Positions 35,926 to 49,123 of a stretch of DNA of 54,578 nucleotides are shown in pieces. This DNA comes from Catajapyx aquilonaris (lineage: Eukaryota): positions 1-54,578 of the forward strand of contig JYFJ02002571.1 in the NCBI GenBank assembly GCA_000934665.2. Reading direction: 5' to 3'. The notes under the pieces are model-generated. The model was given only the letters and a program-made list of their open reading frames with translations. It did no database searches and had not been told where the DNA came from. Within the stretch, counting starts at the first letter, position 1; every line of letters starts with the position of its first letter. Made by a program: the position numbers and the translations under genes.

Positions 35926-36689
35926 TGAAGGTAACTGTTATTTTTGAAGGTTCACATTCATGTGCTGGAGTGCTTGTGGCAGTCACACCAGAGTTTGATG
36001 CAGATTCACAGACCACCCTGCGCCTTTTTGGAGTCTCCCATGCATCTGACTGCACACATGTAGGCTCTGGAGTTTCCACAGCAAACTGGTCACTCCTTGC
36101 TGACATAGGCATAATGAAACCACCTTGAAGAGTTTCAGGCCTGCATAAAGATAGAGAGGAGCCTAGTCCATTTTCTGTGAAAGTAAGTGCACATGTGAAC
36201 CATGTGAGAAATGTGAGAAATGTACGGCCCACTGACATGAGCATGATTGCATGACTGAGCTGCCTGATTGTGTACAGGTGAAAATAAACGTAATTGTATT
36301 TTACGCCCCAAAAAAGCAATGCTGAATTTCTCTTCATACAATACATTGATGCATGAAAGTAACAGGTGGAGCTGTGTAATGACCTTTTTCAATATGAGAT
36401 GGCGTGTATGACAGCAATGCTCAATTTACGTTACTCATATGTATTTCAGACATGCCTGGGACTGCGTAACTTCTAATATTTGCAATATTGTTTTCCATTC
36501 ACAATAATACAGACTCAAAGTGAGATGTAATCATTCCATTTCATACGACGAGCACTGCTGTTACACCATGTGCATAAGAAGTAAGCGCACATTTACACTT
36601 CCCCTCACCAACTAAAATTAGGCATGCACAGGAATTTTAACTCACTGAAGACTATGGGGGCATTAGTCGGGTAATATATTCATGGGTAG

Positions 36690-36980
36690 CCTACATCCAT
36701 AGAATAAAAAGGCAGCGGTGATGGCTTACCGCAAAAGGCAAGTCCACTTCACATTCCTTTTGTCGGCTGCTCGGGTATCTGCTGACAAACTGGCCCATGG
36801 TAGCTCCTCTGGCCACCAGAGGGGTCTCCTCGAGATGTCTGCCCAGCATTGGTACTGTATGCCAGTTGAACATTCCAAGAGGTACGTGAGAAGAGTCCTT
36901 AAATGTTGTGTTTTGACACGCGCTACTGGAATCAACAATACAGGAAGCTCAGCAAACGTGCGCAAGGCAGTTGTGATCTG
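36690..36980 (-). pseudogene. NRF1/Erect-wing-like DNA-binding domain exon, divergent
   Basis: ELPVLLIPVARVKTQHLRTLLTYLLECSTG....W....RPLWWPEELPWASLSADTR....NVKWTCLLR*AITAAFLFYG aligns with the NRF1 DBD (ELPPL..IPVSVDKMTQAQLRAFIPEMLKYSTG...PIWWPEDIPWANVRSDVR...VSWTQALR); preceded by a TTTCTCCAG acceptor. Confidence 0.8.
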
Positions 36981-39149
36981 GAGAAAGAGGCAAAATCCAA
37001 TCAGCATAGGTTTCCCAAGGTAACAGAATCAATAGCCACGGTAAAAGCAGCAACTTGAAATTCCTTTCCCTCTCGTTGCTACTGTCTTTAAAAATTTGAA
37101 ACTTGAATTAGCGGACATTTTTTTAAATTTTTTTTTTACATTTGCCTGAACTCTGCACGAGATGAAGGAGGTGTCCCCGGGCGGGATTACGCAGCAACAC
37201 TCTCGTGACCTTTGTGTGACATTTTGTTGGTATTTAAGTTAAATGACAGTCACCTACAGTAGTTCACATTCTCCAAAATGTTAACTTTACAATTTTGATA
37301 GCACTACACAGGCCACAATTTTGTGCGGGAGATGTTTAGATGTATTGTCTGTGTGTCGGTTACCTTTCCACTTAGGTTGTGGATGTTGTCCATCGAGGCA
37401 TCCGTCGATTTAGGTGGGTTCACTGACTGGTTTGCTCTATACACGAATACAAGATGTGTCCTTAACTCCTTATAATATATTTTTTGTGACAATATTGTAA
37501 GTTTGTTTATTACCAAGGGTGGGCCGGTGGCCCTTGGGGGAATTCGTCGAATACGAATTGTGGCTAATTTTAGTCAAGTTTAATTTGCTAGTAATAGACT
37601 GGAAGGCTTCATCAATCCCCTTGATAGTGTCTGATTCGTTCAAAAAGTTCTCTCTAAAATGCTCAGGACATTTTAAGAGCGTTTTCTCTGGTTATTTAAG
37701 AAGTCAATGTTATGTATCCTGAGGTACATAAACAATTTTTCACAGTTTCATGTTGTGATTTAGTTGAATTTGGGAGCGTATTATGAAAATTCACGTTGGG
37801 GAGAGGCACTCGTGTATATTACTGGACCAAAAGTGGGTTTAACATACTTTGAAAAGTCGAAATATTTTCGGAGATCCTGAAAGGTCGAGTTTAGCATAGA
37901 CTCAGTGGGAAAATGGCCTCTGAATGGCGATGCCTGCTTTCATTGCGAGTGGTGTTTGGTGTAGGACACTACGCTGTGCCTACTGTGCATCAGAAGACTG
38001 GCAACCCTGGGCTACACAATCGCATTATTATTGTTATAGTTACGTACTTGCCACTTTGATTTTGCTGCTTAGCCTTTAGGTCATTCTCTTTGGGGCCAAG
38101 TTACATTAACTAATGTCACGCTGTAATAAAGTTGCACATAACAATACTTTGCTAGTAATTGCATGTTTGGTATGAAGCACAAATGAGTGGGTCAGAGAAG
38201 TGTATTTCATGCAATGTTCTAAACTGCAGTTGATTGACGGTGTGGTAGGATATCTGGAGGCACTTCGAACTCTGACGGTATCAGATCTGGTATGGGGAAC
38301 CCTAACGTATAGCCAGGTGTCTTCGTCTGCGTTTTGGCGTTCCCATCCCCAGCACTTGTAGGTGTCAGTTTTTTTTCTCACAGTTGTACTGAACTGGTCA
38401 TTCATTTTATGTAAAGTTCTGGTGTTCTGCAATTACTGCAATCATATGATGAGATGACTACTTTTTAAAACGTATTAAATATAATTTCATGGACAATTTT
38501 ACTATACGCAGAGCTCCGTTGAATGGAAATAAGGCGAAATGTGGTTTCTGCTTTGCCATGTTGTTTGGGAGCCATTGGTGCACCCAAATTTCTTCACCGA
38601 GTCAGTAGTTTCTACAACTAGATTTCGTTAATCCCATGCAAGTGAAGTACTCCCATCTCTTGCATGTAATTGGAAAACCATTTCATAACGAAAAAATATT
38701 TGTCGCTTCTGGTGCACCATGGACCTCTTTAGTCCATACCGTTCTGCAGTGTCTTGTGCTGATGTTCTCCAAGATCTGGAGATGGTGATGAATCATATGT
38801 CGCAGGCTCCTTCAGAATCACGAAGACTGTTTTCTGCTACACTACACACATTTGGTCAGATAGCTGGCGTGCATGGGTAGGAACAGTCACTTTAATTTAT
38901 TGTCAGTTGATATTGGCCATTCGCATTGTTACAGATGAGCTTGAAAAAAGTGTTTTAAAATGTGTAAACTCTATTGTAATACATGGCTGCATATTGACTT
39001 ATTTGATTGAACACTGCCGTGTAACGAGCACACATTCCACTGCTTGGTTGTAGGCATACTGTGGAGTCCATAGACCTATTTGGATTTGCGAAGGCATATC
39101 GTCCGAATCTCGCATGTAAACTGCTAGTTTGTTTCGTTATCTGGTGGTC

Positions 39150-39225
39150 GGGAGAGGGAACTTCATCCCTCTTGATTAGTTCCCCTTTCGTCCACCGAAC
39201 ATCAAAATGGTGACAGCATAATAAA
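39150..39225 (-). pseudogene. THAP-like remnant
   Basis: CCHHFDVRWTKGELIKRDEVPS resembles C..HF...LK.DAVPS. Confidence 0.35.
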
Positions 39226-39579
39226 ACGAGAGCCTATCCTCCTGACCTATGCGGATAGTGTATCATGTGATTTTTATTATTATAGTGTGACTCTTGAGAA
39301 GAAGCCTGCTTTTGAACACCTTCACTTCTTTGTTCGCCTCGACATGCGTTGTGTTATGTGCTATAGAGCCATGTTCCACCTGGAGCATGTTAGCAACAAT
39401 AGGGTACCTTCTGCACATCGAACAAACTAGGGTTTCAATAGCTATTTCTTCCGCCGCCCATCCCGCACCCCTTGTTCAACTCCTCCCTTCTTAAATCCTC
39501 ACGGAATTATTGAATTGAAGGAGACACAGTGCATTATATTGATCAATAATTTATTTACTTGTGTGACCTTCCTCCCCCT

Positions 39580-39730
39580 CATTGTATGACTTCGGAGTGG
39601 GCCTTAGGCTCCAGTGAAGTCATATCATCCATCTTCAATCTCAAGATCATATATTAAAGCTCCACCCCGTTCTCCAGCAACATCTTCACCATTTGTAAAT
39701 GGCCGACAAGTGCTGGGTGTCCTGAACTAG
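39580..39730 (-). pseudogene. Ankyrin-repeat remnant
   Basis: GHLQMVKMLLENGVEL*...MTSLE..AHSEVIQ. Confidence 0.6.
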
Positions 39731-42079
39731 TTAAAGGAGAGCTGCGTCCACAGGGCAGCCAGCGGCAGGTCCTGGAGATACTTAGGTATCAATGACCGTT
39801 GGCTATAGAATGTTCATGGATATACGGTCCTGGAATATGTCCAGTTTGCAGTGGTGTTGTGGCGCTTCATGTCCCTTTTTCCATTAATTATGGTTGTTGC
39901 AAGGTTTTTAGGCAAATATGTCGTTATGTTGTCATTCACAGCAGGACTGTCTCTGAGCAGCAGTTGCGATTATGTGTAGCTTACTGTCTGAAATCTAGCA
40001 ATTACAGTCTGGAGCTGTTCCCATCACAGCAAAATGGGAACACACCCTTCTCCCTTCCTGGCATGTCGCCGTCATCAGCATCATAGAAATGAAACTTATG
40101 CACACTGCCGTTGAAAGGAAGGGGATTACAGGGCTGTTCCCATTTTTTTAAAATGGAATTTGTCTCCTTTGTATACTTTCGCAAGGAGTACAGAATCCTT
40201 AACTGCACATCGTCTGTGAAGTTGATTAGTACCAAACTTGTTGTGTCACCGTTGTTCTCTGGTCCCAATATTTAATGAATATGTATTGTCACCTCATTTT
40301 ATAATTGCAGGAGTTGTGTGAGAGCAATGTGCCACATGTCAAAATGTATTTTAAATTCCAGGATGTTCGGAAGGTGGAGATGTTCCAATAGCTTTTTTCA
40401 TGGAAAGTTGGTGTAATTGCATGTACACGTACACAGTATTCCTTCTGCAGAAACCAGCAGACTTTACATAAGTCATGTAATAATGAAATTAAATGATAAT
40501 GAAATATTCGGCTTCTGAAGCCCAGTTGGCTAAGACACCTTGATCCCGCTTCAGGTGTTCGAGTCTAATTTTCTCGCCAGTTTATATCGCACGTCTAGAT
40601 GTCCTGGCTATTAAATTGAGCGTCTTTAGGAACCCTGGACCAATACTGCATCTATCTTCCAACATCGTGACTGATTTAGCATCCTTTCTGGACTATGCAT
40701 AATCTCTTGAGCCAGTTATTCTCTTAAGTGCTTCCAGTTTCTGATTACAATTTATGAATAACCTGGTCATTGGTGAGTCTGACGACACGCTCGTGCATTC
40801 GAGCATCGCTCCCTTGAAATACCTGACCAAATAAATCGGTCCCCACATCTTTGGTGACTCATTCTGCAGGAAAGACAACTGAAGACTGTCTTTCCGTCCT
40901 GAGCTTGTGGTAACGTTCCAGTTGCCTTTTGCAGCAACCATTGCGAGTAAGCAAATTCCTCGGGTTTCTCTTCATTCCTTCACTTGATCAGGATGTTATT
41001 TTGGTTATCACTATCATCTCGTGAAGACGTGAACCATGAATCTACACCCATGTCTGGTTGTGGGCAGTGGCCAACCTCAACTTTTATGTCCATCATGCTG
41101 TAGTTTCAGGTGTATGTGATGTCGGAATAAGTTGTAGAATTTGGGGATTTTTCTGGTCGAAGTCTCCGTCACTTTACGATTATTCGTAAGTCATACCCTT
41201 TTGTAATGGCACCCTGCGTCATTAATATTAATTAAAAACACAGCTGAAGCACTTAGAGTGAGGTCGAATGAACGAGCACGCGTCGCGTGATTTGGTGATA
41301 CCTTATGCTGTTTCTAGTTTCTTAACCACAATGGCCACTTGGAACGGCTTATCGCTTCCATCAAGAGACATCTCCTATATCCAGATCACTGCAGCATTCT
41401 CAGTTTTTCCAGTGGCATTAAACTCTGGGTCGTGATATCATGGCTTGCTTTGTCCATTATGAAGTTATTATAATGTAGGATGGATCTTATTTCTCAGTAA
41501 GTGCAATTTGTACATTGCATTTTATTGACCTTCACTAATTAAGGTGTGTCCAGAAATAGCTACTAACACATGATTACGGAGGAGTATTTTAAACAGTCGA
41601 TGTTGCATAACAACTGCGGCCATGTTTGGCACAAATGGTCACTATATCATTCAATCATATGCACTGTTGCAGCCCTATCCAGATTTGCGTCAGTGTTACA
41701 TTTACTTGGAAAAATAACTACGGCGATTGTATAACTGCAGCCTGATAAAAGTGCAATGACATCACGTTTTATAGGAGAGTTGTTGCCGAAGATATTCACG
41801 AAATTCCAGTGTGTCGATGTGTGAGTTCGAGATTATGTTGCAGCCTGTCAGTTGGGGGGCTGCCGACACTGTTCTTACTGCAATGGCGAAATGGATCCTG
41901 TGCCCTGCTGTAATGGTGAATTGTAATTTTATAAAGTGCATAAAATGAGTACGTGACATTCATACGTACTAATACATGCTGCAATCTTCTATTTTCCACT
42001 CTTCTCAGTGCCAATAACTTTAGAAGGATACTCTTGACCTGGGGAAGCCTCACTTGAGTTGAGCTACCATCATCCAGTT

Positions 42080-42830
42080 TGGGCTCCACTTGGTAATTAA
42101 TTGAGGTTGGATTGTCCTTGCTTACATATTCTTCTTCCCATAGGTGCTTATTTTGGACATTGGGAAAACAGTGGCCAACTGTACAAACTATACAGTACAA
42201 GTAAACTCTCCACACAACAACTCGAGCACTCTGTGTACTATCAATGTCTCACGGTGCCGTCGTTCATTCTCACAATCCTTTCCTCACTCTTTCACACCGC
42301 TCACCATTTGCAATTCGCTGTGTTTAGCGAAACTTAACGTCAGTGACGCTCTTCACAGGATCCGCTGTCGATTAGACACTTCGCTGGTGTATCCTTTATT
42401 ATACCTGCTAGTTTGATGAAGCCTTGATTTTGTGGTGAACAAATCGTTCCGGAGCGCTTGTTTTGTAGCATGGATATTTGTGCTGGCTTCTTAGCTGGTG
42501 ACCCTGGGTTGCGATTCTTCCACTGTGCCCGCCGTAAGGAGGGGGGTGGATCCTCCACCCCATCAAAATTGACGTCAATGTTTGGTCCGTGAGTTGAAAA
42601 GGGTGAAGTCCAAAGGGCACACGTGACATAGGCTACTTGCGTCGGACCCTATGGCACACACCTGAGTGAACTTGCTGTCTCTTTTGCAGCAAATGCCAGG
42701 CGACGCATTGCCTCAAATGGTCCTCTACTTCAGTGAACATCCCGTGCAAAAAAAATAGGATGACACAACGCCGATGGCTTCGGTGACATCCTGGAGCTTC
42801 TCGGCCCATTTTTGAAGCCAGCAGCCACCA
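42080..42830 (-). mobile_element. Ty3/Gypsy gag-protease remnant
   Basis: FIKLAGIIKDTPAKCLIDSGS (aspartic protease motif), IVRMNDGTV, NPTSIN; upstream gag-like GFKNGP...EAMR. Confidence 0.65.
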
Positions 42831-45419
42831 TACTGAATATAGTAATAATTAGAGATGGCGCTGGAATAATCGTCAGTGGTTTACGATATGTCCACTATCT
42901 TGTCATTCTACGCCATCTTCATCAAGTCCCATGTAGCTTGGAATGCCAGCGAGAATAAGCATTTTAGGCTTCTTCAGCTGTACATAATTGTTCATCCATG
43001 GCCGCACAATGGACTACACAATAGACTACCTGAAACAATAACAGAAATGCTGTTTACTTTCCGTAGTTTTCATTATTACCTATCTTCATTGAATAGCCCG
43101 CTTGATCTTTTACAGCGAATCGTCATTGATATTACGATTGTATACTGTCTGCCGTCCCAATACGATCTCACATGTCCCTGCTGGACATGACATGATCACC
43201 ATAGTCTTTTGCATATTAAAAACATAACCTTGACTAATGTCGTTGCAGTGAGTCGCGTTACATTATAATAAGTACAGGTGTTTCTTGATGAAGGGTTTGC
43301 GAGATGTATTCCATCCGGTTCCATCGCCTCTGCTACATATTCCTTTCGCATTATAGTGAAACGTACACTGACGTGAGAGGCGCAGAATTTGCATGTTGCA
43401 TGGTTTGCATGGTGTTGTCGGAGTCACCTTCAACGCTCTGCAAGAGCTCTGTATGTTTCAGAGGGCACAACAGCCGAGAGATTGTCTGTGAAATGAACAT
43501 AAGGAATTACACAGCGTTCGAAAGGGGCTTTGGCAATAAAGTCAACAACACATTTACCCGTAGCGCATCTTCAGAAACCACTACTTCCACAAAGCTGTCA
43601 ACCATTATTATCGAATTGCTGCAGCCTCTTCGGGAGCTGACGCATCTGATGAGGAAGAGATAAAGCTTCTCGCGATGATACGTATATCATATCATTCTAT
43701 TTGTAACAGCAAGTCACACCAAATGGAGAGTAATTAAAATGTCGGTCTATCCCTGTTTTTCTGTGTTCATTCGTACTGTGAATCCAAGCCACAGCATGAG
43801 ATGGAAATCTGTCTGACTTGGGATCATTGTCAAACTTATCTCATAATTTTTCTTCAGAAATCACTCCGCGGAAGCAGTGCATTAGTTGTGGTCCTCCGGT
43901 ATTTTTTTGTCCTTCAAACACGCCCCCTTAGGCAATTATTTCTGCTTTTCGCGACGGGAGTATTCCCATTCGATGCGTATATGACATGTTAATTTCCTCT
44001 GCCTTCGCCAATCATTGGGAATAGTCTTGCTGCTTACTTCTTCATGGCGTGTATGCTTATATCCCAGTTGTCGCATAAAATATTATGACATTAGTGTTTG
44101 TCGCATTTTTGGACCAATTTCCTTCGGGGACGTTTTTAGCATTCCACTTTTAAAAAGGCGGGACAGTAATTGCACTATTTTTTAAAGCAACAAGATGTCC
44201 GACCTCTCCTCTTTTTTTTTTAAGTAATGAAAATGGTCTTCCAGTGCGGTCGAATTGGTCTCTGCTATTAGAATGGCAAGGCATGATCACCATTTGTTTT
44301 AGCTATCGACGCACTCTTAGGAGAGTGTTGACGACTCGAACTATAACTTCAGTATGTAGAGTTATCATGTAAATGATTTATGTACGCTATTCAACTCAGG
44401 CTGTAAAGTACTGTGAGCGAATGATTGAGCAGGCCTTCAGTATTTTCGGCCCGGTGCAGCGCCCAGGCAGCGCCGTATATTCTTCTCAGAATTATTATAA
44501 TATCACCACCGAGTATTAAGTGACCAGTATGTGTTACATTGTTGTTCCTTGAGTCGCCAAGTTGAAGATCTTCAACCATGTCACTCGTTAAAGGGAAAGT
44601 GTGATGTGTGGGAATAATGCAATGTTTTAGGTGGCGTTAAGATTGCCATATGTACAGGGCTGCCCCCAGTGACAGTGTCAAAAGCACAATTTTTGCCCAC
44701 AAAATTATAGTTGGGAAATTAAGTTGTAATGATGAGATGTTACATGATTATGAATGGATAAGTGATGCTGCTACATTGAATGGTGGTCCGGAGAGGGAAT
44801 CTCATCATTCTGTAAGACTCGTCCTTCTTCCGTCCACCGTTGGCTGCAATGAAGTCGTGTCCAGGCTCGTGTCCGCCCCTGGGCTGCCCTCGCCAGGAGA
44901 AGTGAGTTGCAATATTATCCCAGTCTCCCAAATTTTCTCGCCATTTTGTATCACGTCTAGACTCCTCTATTAAATTGAGCGTCGTGAGCGTGGATAGTTA
45001 CCGCTTCTACCGATTGGCCGTCCGTCTTCCAACATCGCAATTGATTTCATATCCTTTCTGGACTCGATATTTCCTAATGAGCCCCAGTTATTCTCAAAGT
45101 GATTCCAGTGTCTGACTATTGCGATTGACCCAAGGGTGAGATGCAAAATCCTCCAGGGCCTGACCAATGCGATAATGTGATCATTTTATTGCATGTGCTT
45201 GGTTCAAATGGGTTGGTAGCCCTTTGGGTGTACATAACAATAATTTTAAGCCTATGATACAGTACTAGAAAATGTAATGCCACTTTAAAACAACAGGCAC
45301 TTCTCCAGGTAGAGCCACCAACCAGTGTTTACTTGTCAGCCACTAATTAATAAGGATCCGTATAAAGCTATTTAGTCTGCTGAGGATCATCCATTACAAA
45401 TTGCAATAAATTGCGCTTC

Positions 45420-45750
45420 AGATTTGAGAGTGGGCGAATTCTATTGCACCCCAAGTCTGGATGGTGATGTAGGCTATGAATCTGGCATGTGTTGTGAAAG
45501 GAAGAAATGTTTCTTGGCTTCGCACAATCGTCCACGTTCCACAATCTCCGTCTTCACTTTCCTTCACGATTAACTCGAATAATCTTGGGTCGACAACGTC
45601 CCTCCAGAAGCTGGTTAGTCCTCTTTTCCGCTTGCAATATTCCTCCATAAACTCAAATGAGCTGTTGAGTAAGCTTCCATGTTTGGAGGGATTGAACCTG
45701 CTGCATGCTGCTGTAGATAGTGCAAAAGCGGTTATATATGTGTGATTTCC
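45420..45750 (-). mobile_element. Probable C-terminal remnant of the ISL2EU-like transposase
   Basis: AACSRFNP...NQL...W...GAIEFAHS; same strand and downstream of 46190-46520. Confidence 0.35.
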
Positions 45751-46189
45751 AGAAAATAATAGAAAGCTGTTCTGATAGTTGCAGAAATCTGATATTTTAG
45801 TCTGTCGGTGGTCTCAAAATGATTTGCCGCAGCATTAGAACTGGGTCATATAGTGAGACAGTAATAATTCACTGTGTATGGCGCAATAATAAACTGATTA
45901 ACTAGTCATTGAGTCAAAAATATGACTCTACTATTGGGTCAATGTATGATTCATGTCAAGATTGTGGCGACCCGTCACCTCCCGAGAAAGTACTGGGAGC
46001 ATGGGTTGGACGATGCTTGCCTTCTCGTAAATTTGTGTGTTATATCCGAGGGAGACAGTAGATATGTTTCGGCATCTCGACCTTCAGGTCACAAGCTCTC
46101 CAACAACGTTGGCCCTGAATCCGCGGTGAACATCAAGAATTATGGTCAAGTATCCAGGAAGGTAGTCCTTCTGTTGGTAGAAGGATGTG

Positions 46190-46520
46190 CATGATGATGG
46201 GAGCATCATTGGTCTTGCCATCTGCGAGGAAAGGACCGATCACATCCACGATATGTCCAATGGTCGTCGTCACCATCACTGGTTTGACAAGCGACCTGTG
46301 CTTGTGAACCGAGTAGGTCCTCCTGGCAGAGGGATAGTCAGCTGATCGCTCCACATAAATGTATATGTATTGTCCAGGACAAGAATGACAACATCAGTCT
46401 GGCCACCTGCAAAGAGCCTTCGGACAACAGGGTATGTGTGCTTGCTTATTACATCGTTGGGCTTCACAGCGTCCTTTTCCGCACGATATACCAGACATGT
46501 GCTTACATCCTCACCAACAA
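46190..46520 (-). mobile_element. ISL2EU/Harbinger-related (DDE_Tnp_4) transposase fragment
   Basis: ILVLDNTY...RRTYSVHKHRSLVKPVMVTTTIGHIVDVIGPFLADGKTNDAPII. Confidence 0.85.
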
Positions 46521-46589
46521 CATTTGTTGCTGTTGAAACCCTCGTTTATGACATTTTTACTCCACTCATAATCATATCCGGCGTAGACG

Positions 46590-46800
46590 CCATCTTGGAA
46601 ACTCTCCAAGCCTTACCAGTGAATAGAAATAGCCGATTGCAGTCCTATTTCTATTTTGGCCTGTGCCATAGCCTGAGAAAACGACCTTTTCGACATCTTT
46701 GGGAAGTTCTTTCTCAAAAAAGTGGTGCAAACGTGACACCACCTCATCTGCCTCATGTTTTGCAATATTTTCCATACGACAATACATAGATTCCCTCACT
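46590..46800 (-). mobile_element. Sola-like transposase fragment
   Basis: ENIAKHEADEVVSRLHHF...VEKVVFSGYGTGQNRNR resembles E..AKRGxNEVxSCL...FSDxCxGQNKN. Confidence 0.65.
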
Positions 46801-46948
46801 TTCATTTAAGTAATAAGCTGAAAGAGGTGATATTAATTATTCATACACTCGCGTCTCTGATGAATTGTTAACTTTACATCCACTGGTGACCACCATCTTA
46901 GCCATAGTCTGCATCAGCAAAGTGAGATCCTGGAAAAACTTTATAGGA

Positions 46949-47009
46949 TCTGCAGAGTTTGACTGGAAGGTTTCGTTGTCAACGAAACCTTCCAGTCAAA
47001 CTCTGCAGA
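46949..47009. repeat. Perfect 30-bp-arm palindrome with 1-nt centre (micro-MITE)
   Basis: TCTGCAGAGTTTGACTGGAAGGTTTCGTTG-T-CAACGAAACCTTCCAGTCAAACTCTGCAGA. Confidence 0.95.
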
Positions 47010-48179
47010 CCCAGGATTGGTTTCAATAAATAAATCAGGAATCATAGTATATTATTCTCGTTGCAGTACATCTTGTACTTGACTTCGGGGAATGTAGCGA
47101 GTCTCATCTGTCATTACCATTTGAAGTGGTCTTTTAAGTCAGCCCATTGAGGCCATAGTTGAATGTGTTTGGTCGTGCATTGTCAAGTTAAAATGAGAAC
47201 AGTTTTTCTAGGATGATGAGGCGTTGCAATGTCATCCTCATTATGATGCTGCCAAAGCCTTCCAATGTGTCATGCATAATATGTACTGCATAATAATTGC
47301 AACAATTCATATGCAGCATAAATAATATGTGAAACAAATATACCTCTTACATAATAAATGCATAGCAATAATATTAATGGCGTAATAATAATTTTCTGCG
47401 CTTATATAAGAGCTGAATAGAATAACATTGCTGTTGAGTATGCTGTGTGTGTGACCTAGCAGTTTTGTATCCCACATATTTTAAAAAAACAATGATGTCA
47501 TATTGTAGGATCACCCTGTATGGATGGGCTAATGTGGACATATTTTACCTGTGCAGTACGGCCTGCCACTTACTCTTAAACATCTTGGTGCATCTTTATA
47601 ATGTGACTCAACTCCACACCTCATAACTACAAAATTTTAATAAGTGTGCGTCCAAACCAGCTTTCTACCATCCAGTCTACGTTATTTGGGTTACCAACTC
47701 GCTTCGGCCTTCTCCTTGTTATATTTCAGGCACATCACCTTTTGCTCTCCGCACCAGCTTCTCTTTTCTGGGTATAACTGCTTCCTTGTTGGCGATCGGA
47801 ACCAATTCTGTTAGGAACGTGCTCAAGAGAGTCATGACATAAACAAGGGCCAGCATCGCCTCTAATGATTAGCCAGATTTATATGCCTGAGGGTCCATCC
47901 TCATCGACTGGGTTGTAAGTGGTGGTGAACTGCTCGGGAATGGTCGAAATTATCTGCTCTGATATCTCAGACACATGCCCTGTTGGCGCCACCGCCTGTC
48001 TTGAGTCATTAGAATTTCCCATCTCTGTGTTGAGGCAGAAAAAAAGGTGTACAACTCTTGTATGAAGCCGAAATAACTAACAGCGTCAACAGAGCAAGAG
48101 GCTGCATGTCCAACAAGATTCAATGAGTAAGCAGCACAAGGAATGAAAACTGCTGCTGGATTCTTTTCCTTAAGTGTGT

Positions 48180-48430
48180 AATTTTCATGCCAATTTGCAC
48201 ATTGATGTCTCCATGCCTAAGTTTTTGCAGCATTCTTGAAATTGCCTGTGATTCGTGCCTCCACTTGAAGAGGTTATGTTTAGTTTCATATCTTATGCAC
48301 CAAAATCTCACCGTGCATTGGGCCAAATTTTATGATACAACCTGAGTAGTGAAAATAATGGTGATGATTGTTAATCAGATTAATGACTTTGAAGAGTTGT
48401 TTCATGAACTTGGTGGTTTCTGAAGTAGAC
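48180..48430 (-). mobile_element. EnSpm/CACTA-like transposase fragment
   Basis: KQLF...HHHYFHYSGCIIKFGP/ FWCIRYETKHNLFK matches HY...I...GP...FWCMRFEAKH. Confidence 0.7.
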
Positions 48431-48629
48431 AATTTTTATGGTGATGACATGTCGGTGAAGGATCTCTCAAGATAATCCGTGTTGTTTGCAACTAGTTTTG
48501 TCGCAAGACCGATTTCACTTCGCCCCCTTCGTAGTGATGCGATGTCGTGAAACACCACAACCTTTTCCTGCACTTCTTTATATGCAAGTCGTCGATTTCG
48601 GATGAGCACGGTGTCGACGACTGGAAGTA

Positions 48630-49123
48630 CAGTGCTGGCCATATATCGAGGCAACGACTTGCGACATTTCCAAGCTCACAGTCGCCTCCGCACTGTTCGA
48701 GATGAGACTTGCATCTGCAACTTGTACATGACTCGGTCGGATGCCTGAAAGCGATCCTCGTCCGTACAGGTGAGGACGGCTGCATCTTCCTCAGGGGTCG
48801 TCTTTCGTGGCCTCGTGTTCTTCTTCCTCTTGTCTGCCAGTCCAACATATCCATACTGGTTAAATGCGTCAACCCACCGGTGGACAGTGCGTTCCAAAAC
48901 GTCAAGGGCTACGGCAATGTCACCAATGCTTCGGCCACACTCCCACATCCCAACAATGATTCCACGATCAGCAACGGAAATACTGGCCGGCATCTTCAGG
49001 ATCGCACAATATTTGGAGTAATGTTCGGAATTCACCGTACAGTGACACGAGCAGGCAGGAAATGATGACAAGCCGCTTCGGAAAAATGTCGCTAGTCGTT
49101 GCCTCGATATATGGCCAGCATTG
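48630..49123 (-). mobile_element. Internally deleted Tc1-like element retaining the N-terminal HTH coding region
   Basis: ~40-bp TIRs CAGTGCTGGCCATATATCGAGGCAACGACT; TA on both flanks; MPASISVADRGIIVGMWECGRSI..IA...TVHRWV...RPRKTTPEED...VSSRTVRRRL. Confidence 0.93.

Noticed and set aside
39780..40400. SOCS/BC-box assignment for the orphan family
   Set aside because: Only LxLP-like words match; no proper BC-box consensus.
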